Positions 17,656 to 26,676 of a DNA stretch of 64,000 bases are shown piece after piece. The stretch comes from Candidatus Poseidoniaceae archaeon (GTDB lineage: Archaea > Thermoplasmatota > Poseidoniia > Poseidoniales > Poseidoniaceae), in assembly GCA_949373095.1 (NCBI GenBank), contig CASIBY010000001.1, positions 1,467 through 65,466 on the forward strand. Reading direction: 5' to 3'. The position numbers and the translations under genes are program-made. The first letter of the stretch is position 1, and the number at the start of each line of letters is the position of its first letter. The notes beneath the pieces are model-generated. The model was not told where the DNA came from. It made no database searches and saw only the letters and a list, made by a program, of their open reading frames with translations.

Positions 17656-19725
17656 ATGCAACCTATTCAGCGTGTAGCCGTCGTCGGCGCAGGAAACATG
17701 GGATCGGGAATTGCCCAGAAAAGTGCTCAAGAAGAATTTGATGTCCAAATGGTGGACCGCGAAGCACAATGGGTTGAACGTGGCCAGTCCATTATTACCA
17801 ACTTCCTCTCCGAAGCAGTCGAACGTAGAATTTTCTCCCCTCAGCAAGTAGAAGACATTCAAGGCCGCATAACAGGCGTTATCGGAGTTGATAAAACAGC
17901 AGTAGATACCGACCTGGTCATTGAAGCAGTTTTCGAAGATTTTGACGTGAAGACAGCAGTATTTGCTACGCTTGACAAGGCGTGCGGGCCAAACACTATC
18001 CTTGCATCAAACACATCTTCACTCTCAGTCAACGCTCTTGCTGAAGCGACTGGCCGCCCTGACCGTTTTGTTGGCCTCCATTTCTTCTATCACCCAGCGA
18101 AAAATCGCTTGGTCGAAGTGATTCCTGCTCAATCTTCAAGCCAAGAAACCATCGATAAGGTTGTTCAGTACTGCAAGATGCTCGGTAAGGTTGTCATCGT
18201 TTGTGCTGACCGACCAGGATTTGTCGTCAATAGATTCTTCGTTCCGTGGCTGAATGAAGCCTGTTTGCTTTTGGAAGAAGGTGCAGGGTCGGCAGCTCAA
18301 ATTGACGCTATTGCTTGCAAAGCCTTCCGAATCGGTCTCGGTCCGTTTGGTTTGATGAACCTCACAGGACCTCCTATTGCGCTGCATTCAACCGACTATC
18401 TCGCAGAGCAATTGAACACGCCTCGATACACTGGGGCTCAAAACCTCAGAGATTTGATTGAAGCAAATGCTCAATGGGACGTTTCCGGTGAAGCAGACTT
18501 TTCCGAGGACCAATATACTGCAGTTTCAGAACGTCTCCTTGGCGTTGTTTTTGGGGTTGCAGCACAAATCGTTGATGAAGACATTTGCAGCATGGAAGAC
18601 GTTGACCGCGGTGCAAAGGTTGGCCTCCGCTGGGCTCGTGGACCTTTTGAATTGATGAATAAAATCGGCGTTGAAGAAGCACATAGAATGGCCATGAAGT
18701 ACGCTGATGTGGCTGGAGAAGGCTGGAATGTTCCTGCATTCTTTACTCAACAAGGCAAAAGCAGTTGGGACTTTTCATATGTTGATACAACCGTTACAAA
18801 CGGCATCGCAACCATAACTATCAACCGGCCTGAAGCCATGAATGCACTCAATGTCACCGTTGTAGAGCAACTGACAACGGCTGTTGAAGCAGCTAACTCA
18901 GATGCTTCCGTTCATACCATTGTTCTTGATGGGGCCGGAAAGGCATTTGTTGCTGGAGCTGACGTCAAATTCTTTGTTGACAAAATCCGTGCAGATGCTA
19001 TTCCAGAAATTTACGATTTCACTGCAGACGGCCACACCATGCTTGACATGCTTGAAAACTCCTCCAAAACAACCGTGGCTCTTACGACCGGCCTCGCTCT
19101 CGGTGGTGGACTTGAACTCGCTCTTGCATGCGATTACCGAATCGGAACCCGAAGAACGCAATTCCGCTTCCCAGAGACTTCCATCGGAATCTACCCGGGA
19201 CTTGGAGGTTCACAACGGCCCGCACGAATATGTGGTATTCCCGCAGCCCGCTGGGCTGTATTAGCTGGGAATTTCATGAATGCACAAACTGCAAAGGATC
19301 TTGGCTTGATTACCCACCTCGTGGACGTTGCTAGCGTTGATTCTTGCGTAGCATCCCTTTCTTCGGAAGGAAAGCCAGCCAACAAATATCCAGGGCGACC
19401 GTCAAACCCTGAATCAAAAGTAGCTCAATTTGCATCTTCATTCTACTCGGATGCGAACATGCCTGCTCTCATGAGCGGAACTTGTCCGGAAGGGTTTGAA
19501 ACGGAAGACAAAACGGTTTCGCGTCAAATCAAGAGCTTGTCGTTTACAGCACCTATTGGTCTGAGAATGGCTAGTGACCTCATCAACGCCACAGCGTCAA
19601 CTTCCCTCGGAGACGGGTTACAGATGGAACTGGATGGGTTGGATACGATTTTCTCAACCAAAGATGCTCTAGAAGGCCTGTCTGCACTTATTGAGAACCG
19701 CAGGGCGACCTACAACAACGAGTGA
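17656..19725 (+). CDS. Fused 3-hydroxyacyl-CoA dehydrogenase (N-terminal) / enoyl-CoA hydratase (C-terminal), beta-oxidation
   Basis: It has the NAD-binding motif VAVVGAGNMGSGIAQ and the HCDH core (ILASNTSSL, GLHFF.P). The crotonase region follows (ATITINRPEAMNALN...GAGKAFVAGADV...GGGLELALACD). The ORF opens on TTG at 17644. Confidence 0.9.
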   Translation: MQPIQRVAVVGAGNMGSGIAQKSAQEEFDVQMVDREAQWVERGQSIITNFLSEAVERRIFSPQQVEDIQGRITGVIGVDKTAVDTDLVIEAVFEDFDVKTAVFATLDKACGPNTILASNTSSLSVNALAEATGRPDRFVGLHFFYHPAKNRLVEVIPAQSSSQETIDKVVQYCKMLGKVVIVCADRPGFVVNRFFVPWLNEACLLLEEGAGSAAQIDAIACKAFRIGLGPFGLMNLTGPPIALHSTDYLAEQLNTPRYTGAQNLRDLIEANAQWDVSGEADFSEDQYTAVSERLLGVVFGVAAQIVDEDICSMEDVDRGAKVGLRWARGPFELMNKIGVEEAHRMAMKYADVAGEGWNVPAFFTQQGKSSWDFSYVDTTVTNGIATITINRPEAMNALNVTVVEQLTTAVEAANSDASVHTIVLDGAGKAFVAGADVKFFVDKIRADAIPEIYDFTADGHTMLDMLENSSKTTVALTTGLALGGGLELALACDYRIGTRRTQFRFPETSIGIYPGLGGSQRPARICGIPAARWAVLAGNFMNAQTAKDLGLITHLVDVASVDSCVASLSSEGKPANKYPGRPSNPESKVAQFASSFYSDANMPALMSGTCPEGFETEDKTVSRQIKSLSFTAPIGLRMASDLINATASTSLGDGLQMELDGLDTIFSTKDALEGLSALIENRRATYNNE

Positions 19726-19727
19726 AT

Positions 19728-19964
19728 CTAAGCCCACTCAGACATCAAACTGTTGAGTGACTCAACAATTGATGCGATGTCAACGGATTCCCCGTTCTCT
19801 TGAGCGAGTTGTAACCGGTTACGAACGGCTTCTATGGTTTCCTCAGATGGCGCAGAGCCGGTAATTTCCTCGATGACTTCACCGATGCTTTTCCCTCGTC
19901 CCTCCTCAATGGCTAGGAGCGCCTTGACGAATTCTTCTTCGTCCTTTGGTCGCCGAGCACTCAT
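19728..19964 (-). CDS. Hypothetical 78-aa acidic, predicted all-helical protein; last gene of the E1/JAMM operon
   Basis: The ORF starts 9 bp downstream of the JAMM gene stop on the same strand. The composition looks strongly helical (EEFVKALLAIEE, EETIEAVRNRLQLAQE). There is no C-terminal GG. Confidence 0.4.
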   Translation of the reverse strand: MSARRPKDEEEFVKALLAIEEGRGKSIGEVIEEITGSAPSEETIEAVRNRLQLAQENGESVDIASIVESLNSLMSEWA

Positions 19965-19973
19965 GCTTCCACC

Positions 19974-20513
19974 TCAACTGCAATGTTGTTTGTTCCTGTA
20001 CCACGAATGCCAGGGAGTTGGTTCTTCATTGGTCCAATTTGAGAGGGGTCCTTTGGAGGAAATGAACGGCGCTTCTAGTTGTTCATTGAACGTTGAATTG
20101 CTCGTGAATTTTGGGCCAGGTTCGCCCAAGACCATTGCGGTCTCTAGGATCATAGTGCCTAGAGATAGACTGTTGGTATCGGTAGTGCTCCAATACGCTG
20201 CAAAGTCCGGGTGAGTGTGGACCCACAACTTGAACGGACTTTTTGCCCCGACTGGGGGTTGGAGGGTCACTTGGCCAGCTGTTCCCCAATCGATGTAGAT
20301 GCAGTCTTCAGCGTCGATGAGAACAGATGTTTCCAAGCCTGCAAGAACAGACAAAATATACACGCCATCCCAACGGCTGTGAGCAGCCAATGTTTCTTGC
20401 GCTGAAAGGAGTTGAGGATTTCCAACCTGGCGTTCACTTGCTGCGAGACAGGCTTCATCCCACGTGGCTTCATCCAAACCAGTGTTGACAAATTCTGGGA
20501 GTTCAATCATCAT
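19974..20513 (-). CDS. JAMM/MPN+ (JAB) family metalloprotease
   Basis: A complete JAMM motif is present: H99-T-H101-PDFAAYW-S109-TT-D112 (HxHx7Sx2D). Its ATG overlaps the stop of the upstream E1-like gene by 4 bp (20510-20513). Confidence 0.7.
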   Translation of the reverse strand: MMIELPEFVNTGLDEATWDEACLAASERQVGNPQLLSAQETLAAHSRWDGVYILSVLAGLETSVLIDAEDCIYIDWGTAGQVTLQPPVGAKSPFKLWVHTHPDFAAYWSTTDTNSLSLGTMILETAMVLGEPGPKFTSNSTFNEQLEAPFISSKGPLSNWTNEEPTPWHSWYRNKQHCS

Positions 20514-21139
20514 GCTATCACCTCTGGAAATGAAAGAGCACCGTAGGTGATGCTACCCATAGTTTGAGTCGGGGAAGGCTTTCCTCGCAATTCTTGCATG
20601 GCCCATTGTGAACCAATGGCTGCTGCGACAGCAAATCCAAACTCTAGGTTTCCAGAGTCCAATGCCCCATCAACCTGGCAACTCTTCGGCTCATGGTCAG
20701 GTGTCATCTTTTGGACCAAACTTTGCGAGCTTTGAGATGTGAGGGCGACCCAACCATCTCCAGAACATCGCAAATCAATCCAAGGGACGTCAAGACCATG
20801 AACCAAGCGACGGGGCTCTGGCCTGTCAACGCAGACCACGACCAAATCAAAATCGTCGAGTTGGTTGGCTTGTCTCAAATTTTCTGGAAGACCTGTAACA
20901 TTGACATGTTCTGAATTAAGTCGTTGAGCCAGCTGGATGACTTTATGATGGCCAACATCGGTCAAACTGTAGCGTTGATGACCAAGATTGGTTGGTTCTA
21001 CGGTGTCAGCATCCATGATGGTCACTGAGCAGGGTAGCGAGACTCTCGTGATGGCTGGAATCAGGTTTTCCAAAAGACTTGCACCGATGCCACCGGCTCC
21101 GACGACAAGCAGTTTTTTCACGGGGGGTTCAGCGTTCAT
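20510..21139 (-). CDS. ThiF/MoeB/E1-like adenylyltransferase (short, 209 aa, no rhodanese or extra domains)
   Basis: It has a Rossmann GxGxxG motif (LLVVGAGGIGASLLENL) and the E1 signature DADTVEPTNLGHQ. It also has the VVVCVDRPEPR segment typical of the ThiF family. Confidence 0.8.
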   Translation of the reverse strand: MNAEPPVKKLLVVGAGGIGASLLENLIPAITRVSLPCSVTIMDADTVEPTNLGHQRYSLTDVGHHKVIQLAQRLNSEHVNVTGLPENLRQANQLDDFDLVVVCVDRPEPRRLVHGLDVPWIDLRCSGDGWVALTSQSSQSLVQKMTPDHEPKSCQVDGALDSGNLEFGFAVAAAIGSQWAMQELRGKPSPTQTMGSITYGALSFPEVIA

Positions 21140-21175
21140 GAGAAATAAATCCCGTCACGCTTTATGAAGAAATCA

Positions 21176-22462
21176 TCATCGAGTTAACATCTGCTCTAAT
21201 GCCGCAATTTGAACTGGGAGTGTGAAATTCTCTTCGACATACGGCCGCCCAGATTTTGCCCACTGCTTGCGTAGGGATTCGTCCTCTAATGAAGCGTAAG
21301 CATTGTTCCAAGCCTCTTCATCATCCCTTCGCAAAAGTCTTCCAGACTCAACGGGTGTCATCGTGCATTGAAATCCGCCTTCATCTACCATTAATGCAGG
21401 GGTACCCACCGCCATTGCCTCAATTGGAGTCAATCCAAACGGTTCGTGATGCGCATGACTGACCATCGCTTTTGCACCCCGAATCAATCCACACAATGCA
21501 GGTTGAGACAGTCGCGGCATGCAATGGACGGGCACTCCAATTCGTTTTCCTTCCTGAATTAATGTGGCTCGGTCTTCATCAGTTCCGCCTCCGACTTGAA
21601 CCAGTTCCAAGCCTGTTCCTACGAGGGATTGCAATGTCTCCCAAGTCCCTTTCACATGCGAAATTTGTCCGATTGTCACCACATATGGCATTTCAGTGAG
21701 GTTGATTCCTGATACTTCCTTTTCTTCTTCAGAATCTGGTTCTAATGGCCATTGCTTCATATCAATAACATGCATGAGATGGGTTGCTTCTAGAGGCCTA
21801 CCCTTTGCGTCCCTTTTGGGAGGTTCCCCATTTTCTTTGGTCGGGTCTGACGATAATCCGTAGACAGATTTTATTCTTCGTTGGATCCACATTGAATTTC
21901 CAGAAATTGATGACTTCGGACGAGCAAAAAGCTGGCGAACATAGGCTCTATCCCGTCGGCGTTGCCTTGTGAACAAAAGTTTCGTCAACCAAAGCGGGCG
22001 TTTTAGTTTCCCGTTGAGTTGGCGGTGAAGGACATCCTCATACAACCATCTCGGAGGCTCAAGGCAATGATAGTGGATTGGAAGGTGAGGGGGTATGTGC
22101 GGCAAGAGTTCCAGCGTTCCCTTACACACAGAAAGATGCACTGCGTCATAGTTTTCCCACGGGATCTCAACGGTAGCCCAGGCCTTTTCCGCTTCTCGGC
22201 TTAAGCGAGCCGAGACTTCCGATAGGGCGCCAGTATGCCAAGTAATACTGGTCGCAGGGTGAAATACTGGGACGTTGGCAGTTCCAAGCAGCGTTTCAGC
22301 ATCATCGGTCATTTTCAGCGTAGCCAATCCAAGCGTCCATCTTCCATATGTTGCCCTCATGAGTTGGAGCAATTCCCGTTCCGCCCCGCCTAAACTTGCA
22401 AAGGAACCCCGAACAATGAGAACTCGCAGCGGTGCTGCTCCCTCATGGTTGGACTTAGCCAT
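21176..22462 (-). CDS. Glycosyltransferase, GT-B fold (GT4-like)
   Basis: The N-terminal part reads RVLIVRGSFASLGGAEREL and the C-terminal signature is HHEPFGLTPIEAMAVGTPALMVDEGG. It ends 36 bp upstream of the E1-like gene on the same strand. Confidence 0.75.
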   Translation of the reverse strand: MAKSNHEGAAPLRVLIVRGSFASLGGAERELLQLMRATYGRWTLGLATLKMTDDAETLLGTANVPVFHPATSITWHTGALSEVSARLSREAEKAWATVEIPWENYDAVHLSVCKGTLELLPHIPPHLPIHYHCLEPPRWLYEDVLHRQLNGKLKRPLWLTKLLFTRQRRRDRAYVRQLFARPKSSISGNSMWIQRRIKSVYGLSSDPTKENGEPPKRDAKGRPLEATHLMHVIDMKQWPLEPDSEEEKEVSGINLTEMPYVVTIGQISHVKGTWETLQSLVGTGLELVQVGGGTDEDRATLIQEGKRIGVPVHCMPRLSQPALCGLIRGAKAMVSHAHHEPFGLTPIEAMAVGTPALMVDEGGFQCTMTPVESGRLLRRDDEEAWNNAYASLEDESLRKQWAKSGRPYVEENFTLPVQIAALEQMLTR

Positions 22463-22579
22463 GAATTTGAGGTACCCTCACCTCCCCTTTCAAATCCACC
22501 CACATTTGAGGTGGTTTGCCGTTGTTTCTACCTTGACTTGGACGCGACGATTGAAAAAGGGAGGCGCTCACGGTGAGTT

Positions 22580-23644
22580 ATGAGCGGAAAGACTGCCATG
22601 ATAACAGGCCTCACAGGACAAGACGGGTCTTATTTGGCCGAATTGCTTCTTGACAAAGGATACATAGTCCATGGTTTGGTTCGCCGAGTTTCTCAACCCA
22701 CCTCTGGACGAAGCCTCATCAATCACCTGATGGAGCACGAAAACTTTCATCTCTTGAACGGAGATCTGGCCGACCAGAATTCCATTGACAATGCAGTTGC
22801 TCAAACACAACCAGATGAATTCTACAACCTCGGAGCAATGTCCTTTGTTCCAGAATCATGGCGTTCTCCAATGATGACCGCTGATATCACTGGCCTTGGG
22901 GCGCTACGCTGTCTTGAAGCCATCCGGAAGCATGCTCCAAGCTGCCGTTTTTACCAGGCTGGCTCGTCTGAACAATACGGTAAAGTTCGTGATGTTCCCC
23001 AAACAGAGTTGACTCCATTCCATCCACGTTCTCCGTATGGATGCGCAAAGGTGTTCGCCTTTGAGATCACTCGGAACTACCGTGAATCTTACGATATGTT
23101 CGCTTGTACTGGAATCCTCTTCAATCACGAAAGTCCACGACGTGGATTGGAATTTGTTACTCGTAAAGTGACCATGACCGCAGCCCGAATTTCCCAAGGA
23201 TTTGATGAATGCCTTTGGATAGGAAACGTTGATGCAAAGCGTGACTGGGGATTCGCTGGAGACTACGTCGAGATGCAATGGCGGATGCTCCAACAAGATA
23301 AGCCAGGAGATTATGTCGTTGCTACAGGCCGAACTCACAGCGTTCGTGATATGATTACCCTTGCCTTTTCACACGTCGGGATGAGTCTAACCTGGTCTGG
23401 AGAAGGTGTTGACACCATCGCTACTGACCAAGATGGCAATGTTCGTGTCCGTACCAATCCCAAGTTCTTCCGTCCAGCAGAAGTTGATTTGTTGATTGGG
23501 GACCCTTCCCTTGCCGAAAAAGAACTTGGCTGGGTTCCTGGTACGTCGTTTGAAGAATTGGTTCAAATGATGGTCGATTCAGATATGACCATTGTCAAAG
23601 AAGCAGTTGCTGGTGGATACGCACCTCCGATTCCACCAGAGTGA
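22580..23644 (+). CDS. gmd: GDP-mannose 4,6-dehydratase
   Basis: ITGLTGQDGSYLAELLLDKGY, SSEQYG, SPYGCAKV and FNHESPRRG are highly characteristic Gmd/SDR motifs. Confidence 0.95.
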   Translation: MSGKTAMITGLTGQDGSYLAELLLDKGYIVHGLVRRVSQPTSGRSLINHLMEHENFHLLNGDLADQNSIDNAVAQTQPDEFYNLGAMSFVPESWRSPMMTADITGLGALRCLEAIRKHAPSCRFYQAGSSEQYGKVRDVPQTELTPFHPRSPYGCAKVFAFEITRNYRESYDMFACTGILFNHESPRRGLEFVTRKVTMTAARISQGFDECLWIGNVDAKRDWGFAGDYVEMQWRMLQQDKPGDYVVATGRTHSVRDMITLAFSHVGMSLTWSGEGVDTIATDQDGNVRVRTNPKFFRPAEVDLLIGDPSLAEKELGWVPGTSFEELVQMMVDSDMTIVKEAVAGGYAPPIPPE

Positions 23645-23809
23645 ATTGAGAGCGGCCTCTTCTCCGCAGATGATTCAGTTTTCAGTGTTGATTTCGTTAT
23701 ACGCCAAAGCGATTTTAATTTGGTTCACGAATGAGTAAAAGGGGTAGAACCCTCAAGATTGTTACTTTGAGGTTAAAAATATTATAACTCGTTGGAATTA
23801 TTTAATTTC

Positions 23810-25135
23810 ATGGCGGAAGGTCTTGACTTACTGGATGACATCGGATTGATTCTTAGCATCTTCATTCTTCTCTTCATCTCATACTTTCACCTTCGTGCTC
23901 TTGATGACAAACGAACATGGGACCGAAAGTTAGGTGCCGCCCTGGTAATTTGGCTTTTGTTATACTTCATTCTTCGTCGTTTGCAGGAGCTCGTCCCTTC
24001 TGTAGGAATTGACAACCCCGATGTGAGTGGATTGATTGTTGAACTTTCTGCTTATTCATCATCAATGAATTTCTATTATATCCATCTCTTTTTGATGCTC
24101 TTAGTTCCGATTCCATTCTTGAGAAATGGTTGGCAAATTGGTGCTGTTGGTTTCATTGTTGTCTTGATTACCTACATCGACCGTTCAGCGGTTAGCGCCG
24201 ATGCAGATCCGTTTTACAATTCACTGCTGCTTTTTTGTATGATTTTACTTGCTTGTTTGGTGTGTTTCACCGTCGGATTGAGGTTTCTACTCTTCCCACC
24301 ACCTCTTGAAGACAAGAGCGAAGAGGCTCTGGCTTTGCGCCGTTCCGGATACTTCGCCTTAGGAACAATTGCTGTGGTCATGGACAACATGATATTTCGC
24401 TCCATTGGATTTCTTGATGGGTCGGCCAATGCTTGGTGGACCTTCCCAACGGTCAACTATTCTGCAGCAACATCTGGATACAATTACGCCATGGTGACCT
24501 TGGCTGAAATGACCTTTGTATTGGGTGTATTTTCGTTCATGATGCTGTCATTTGCTGTAGGCTGCACTTACCATATCGTTCAATGCCTCAGGAAAAAGCA
24601 CCCAGTCAGTCTTGCAACTGTTTTTTCAGGGTACATACTCTTTATTTGGGCCCTCATAATTTTCCGTCATTGGGCATTTGTAACCGGCTATGCAACTTGG
24701 GATATGGCGGAAAATCCGCTTGATTCAAATGCCGAAATAATTACTGCTCTCAGCGATGGGTTCAGTTTTCATCTGATTTATCCGACCATCGCTTTATTGC
24801 ACGCAGTTAAGTTTGGGCTCATTACCATTGAGACAGATCGTGACAGAAAGGTTCTCCGCATCGTTTCTCTCGGTGTGATGGTGGCGATTACCGCAGTGTT
24901 CACAACGTTACTGGAAGTCATCATTCCGGTTCCAGATATCGTTCTCGCCGTTCTCTGTGGTCTTGTTCTTGCAACGGGATGGGAGCGTTATCTCATCGAT
25001 GCCTTGGAGCCCGATGAGGAAATGAAAACTGTCTCATGGGCCTGGCCCGGTAATGAGCGTAGCATGATTTGGGGAGTCAATCTTATGATTGGAATTCCCT
25101 TTGTCATCAAACTTCTAGCAGGGGTGATTTGGTGA
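23810..25135 (+). CDS. Polytopic integral membrane protein (about 10-12 TM helices), function unknown
   Basis: Hydrophobic helices run through the whole protein. The ATG at 23810 lies about 25-30 nt downstream of an AT-rich TATA-like box. The stop overlaps the ATG of the next gene (TGATG at 25133-25137). Confidence 0.6.
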   Translation: MAEGLDLLDDIGLILSIFILLFISYFHLRALDDKRTWDRKLGAALVIWLLLYFILRRLQELVPSVGIDNPDVSGLIVELSAYSSSMNFYYIHLFLMLLVPIPFLRNGWQIGAVGFIVVLITYIDRSAVSADADPFYNSLLLFCMILLACLVCFTVGLRFLLFPPPLEDKSEEALALRRSGYFALGTIAVVMDNMIFRSIGFLDGSANAWWTFPTVNYSAATSGYNYAMVTLAEMTFVLGVFSFMMLSFAVGCTYHIVQCLRKKHPVSLATVFSGYILFIWALIIFRHWAFVTGYATWDMAENPLDSNAEIITALSDGFSFHLIYPTIALLHAVKFGLITIETDRDRKVLRIVSLGVMVAITAVFTTLLEVIIPVPDIVLAVLCGLVLATGWERYLIDALEPDEEMKTVSWAWPGNERSMIWGVNLMIGIPFVIKLLAGVIW

Positions 25136-26676
25136 TGCGTACCGAAAAAGAACTCATGAGTCTCAAAAAGAACGAATTAGTCGCCATTGCCGAAGAGTAT
25201 GACTTGTCATCCACGGGGACGAAAGAGGAGATTACAAAGCGTATTGTGGTTCATCAAATGGAACGCTACGACCAGGAAACAGAACGCCTAGAAGATGTGT
25301 TGTACCATAACCCTGAGGAAGGAGAGGGGCTGTTGGTGCCATCCCAAGCAATGAATGATAGTGAAGTAAAACCGGATTCAATCACATTTGGAGCACTTGG
25401 TTCGGACGCTAGTGAAACCAATCTAGAAACAGTAAATGCTGTAGAATCTGTATCAAATCACAATGTCTTCAAAGAACTTCCATCACGAACCTTCGTTGCA
25501 GGAGGCTATGCGTTCAAACCTTATCTTGCAACACTTACAGTTGTTTTCCTCATGATGTTTGGCTATGGCTTCCAGGATTACTACGGAAGTAATTTCTCTT
25601 ACCCGGGAGACGATAAGGCCACTGTTGACTGCATCCGAGTATCGTATTACGTGGACGGAAATGGTAACGATTCAGGTTATGACCCTATGAGTCAAGCTAA
25701 TCTTGATTGTGCAGAAGTATTGGACATCTCTCCAAATTGGTGGCAGGAAGATATGGACGCTTGGGTCCAAAGTCTCCTCAATTCAGCTACTTCGGACGGC
25801 AATCACTCCGGGTTCGTATGGACCCAGCCTGGAATTGATACAATGGCGTATCTCGGCGCTACGACCTTTAATACAAACATGAGTGTTTTTGGAGACCCTC
25901 TCGCAGGAGACGAGTTCACTGAGCAGCATCTTGCAATTTGGAACGGCTTTGGAGCAACATTCCCTGGCGGTGGGAACGATTCCATCGAAAGTTTGCTCCA
26001 AGGGGGAAACAGTCCCTTCTCAATTTACATGCCTGCAGGAATCGTAGACCACAGACCTACAGGTTATTTGTGGACTCAATCTGGAATCGACACCATGGCT
26101 TACCTGGGTGCTACCACGTTCAATACGAACATGAGTGTCTTTGGAGACCCTGTCGCAGGTGATGTATTTACTGAGCAACACCTTGCTGTTTGGAACGGAT
26201 TTGGTGGGATGTTCCCAGGTGGAGGAAACGACAGTATTGCAGATTTGCTCCCAGGCGGGGCAAGTCCCTTTGCCGTTTACATGCCTACAGGAATTGTTGA
26301 AGATGCCCCAACGGGGTATCTTTGGAGCCACCCTGGGGTCCCCACAATGAGCAATCTTGGTTCTTCCACATTCGGGGCCAACATGAGCGTTTACGGTGAT
26401 CCAGTCCCGGGGGACGTCTTTACTGAAGCCCACCTTGCTGTTTGGAACGGCTTCACGCTCGCCCTTGGAGGAGGAAACGACAGCATTGCGAGTTTGCTCC
26501 CCGGCGGAAACAGCCCGTTTTCGATTTACATGCCCAGTGGAATTGTCATCACGCAAGTGGAATGGGACAACCAAACGCCATCGGCGAGCAATGTCACTCT
26601 CTCTGTAAACAATTCGACTACACCTTCGGTGTATTCGCTCAACTATGTGTTTTATGACGGGCAAAATGGATACTGA
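25135..26676 (+). CDS. HeH/SAP-like N-terminal domain, single TM helix, extracellular region with three 84-aa tandem repeats
   Basis: The N-terminal LMSLKKNELVAIAEEYDLSSTGTKEEITKRIV fits the SAP/HeH (Rho_N-like) pattern. The TM helix lies at about 25513-25575. The three repeats read W(T/S)QxGIDTMAYLGATTFNTNMSVFGDPxAGDxFTEQHLAxWNGF...GGGNDSI..LL.GG.SPF..YMPxGIV. Confidence 0.65.
   Translation: MRTEKELMSLKKNELVAIAEEYDLSSTGTKEEITKRIVVHQMERYDQETERLEDVLYHNPEEGEGLLVPSQAMNDSEVKPDSITFGALGSDASETNLETVNAVESVSNHNVFKELPSRTFVAGGYAFKPYLATLTVVFLMMFGYGFQDYYGSNFSYPGDDKATVDCIRVSYYVDGNGNDSGYDPMSQANLDCAEVLDISPNWWQEDMDAWVQSLLNSATSDGNHSGFVWTQPGIDTMAYLGATTFNTNMSVFGDPLAGDEFTEQHLAIWNGFGATFPGGGNDSIESLLQGGNSPFSIYMPAGIVDHRPTGYLWTQSGIDTMAYLGATTFNTNMSVFGDPVAGDVFTEQHLAVWNGFGGMFPGGGNDSIADLLPGGASPFAVYMPTGIVEDAPTGYLWSHPGVPTMSNLGSSTFGANMSVYGDPVPGDVFTEAHLAVWNGFTLALGGGNDSIASLLPGGNSPFSIYMPSGIVITQVEWDNQTPSASNVTLSVNNSTTPSVYSLNYVFYDGQNGY
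25810..26562 (+). repeat. Three in-frame tandem repeats of 252 bp (84 aa) inside the CDS 25135-26676
   Basis: Repeat units start at 25810, 26062 and 26314, so the period is exactly 252 bp. Many differences between units are synonymous third-position changes (for example atgagtgtttttggagaccct / atgagtgtctttggagaccct / atgagcgtttacggtgatcca). Confidence 0.9.

Noticed and set aside
22463-22579. A short inverted repeat (TCAAAT-CCACCCAC-ATTTGA / CCACC...GGTGG) in the divergent region between the GT4 gene and gmd, considered as an operator
   Set aside because: The stems are only 5-6 bp and there is no second copy elsewhere in the window. Evidence for a regulatory site is insufficient.
23810-23826. 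GCGGAAGGTC, also found at the start of the 23810 membrane-protein gene (ATGGCGGAAGGTC), with a near-copy at 56401 (GCGGAAGGTTAC) inside crtI; considered as further copies of the 17-mer seen upstream of the BNR genes
   Set aside because: Only 9-10 nt are shared. The occurrences lie inside coding sequence in different contexts and strands, and the CATTAT part is missing. This is consistent with chance.
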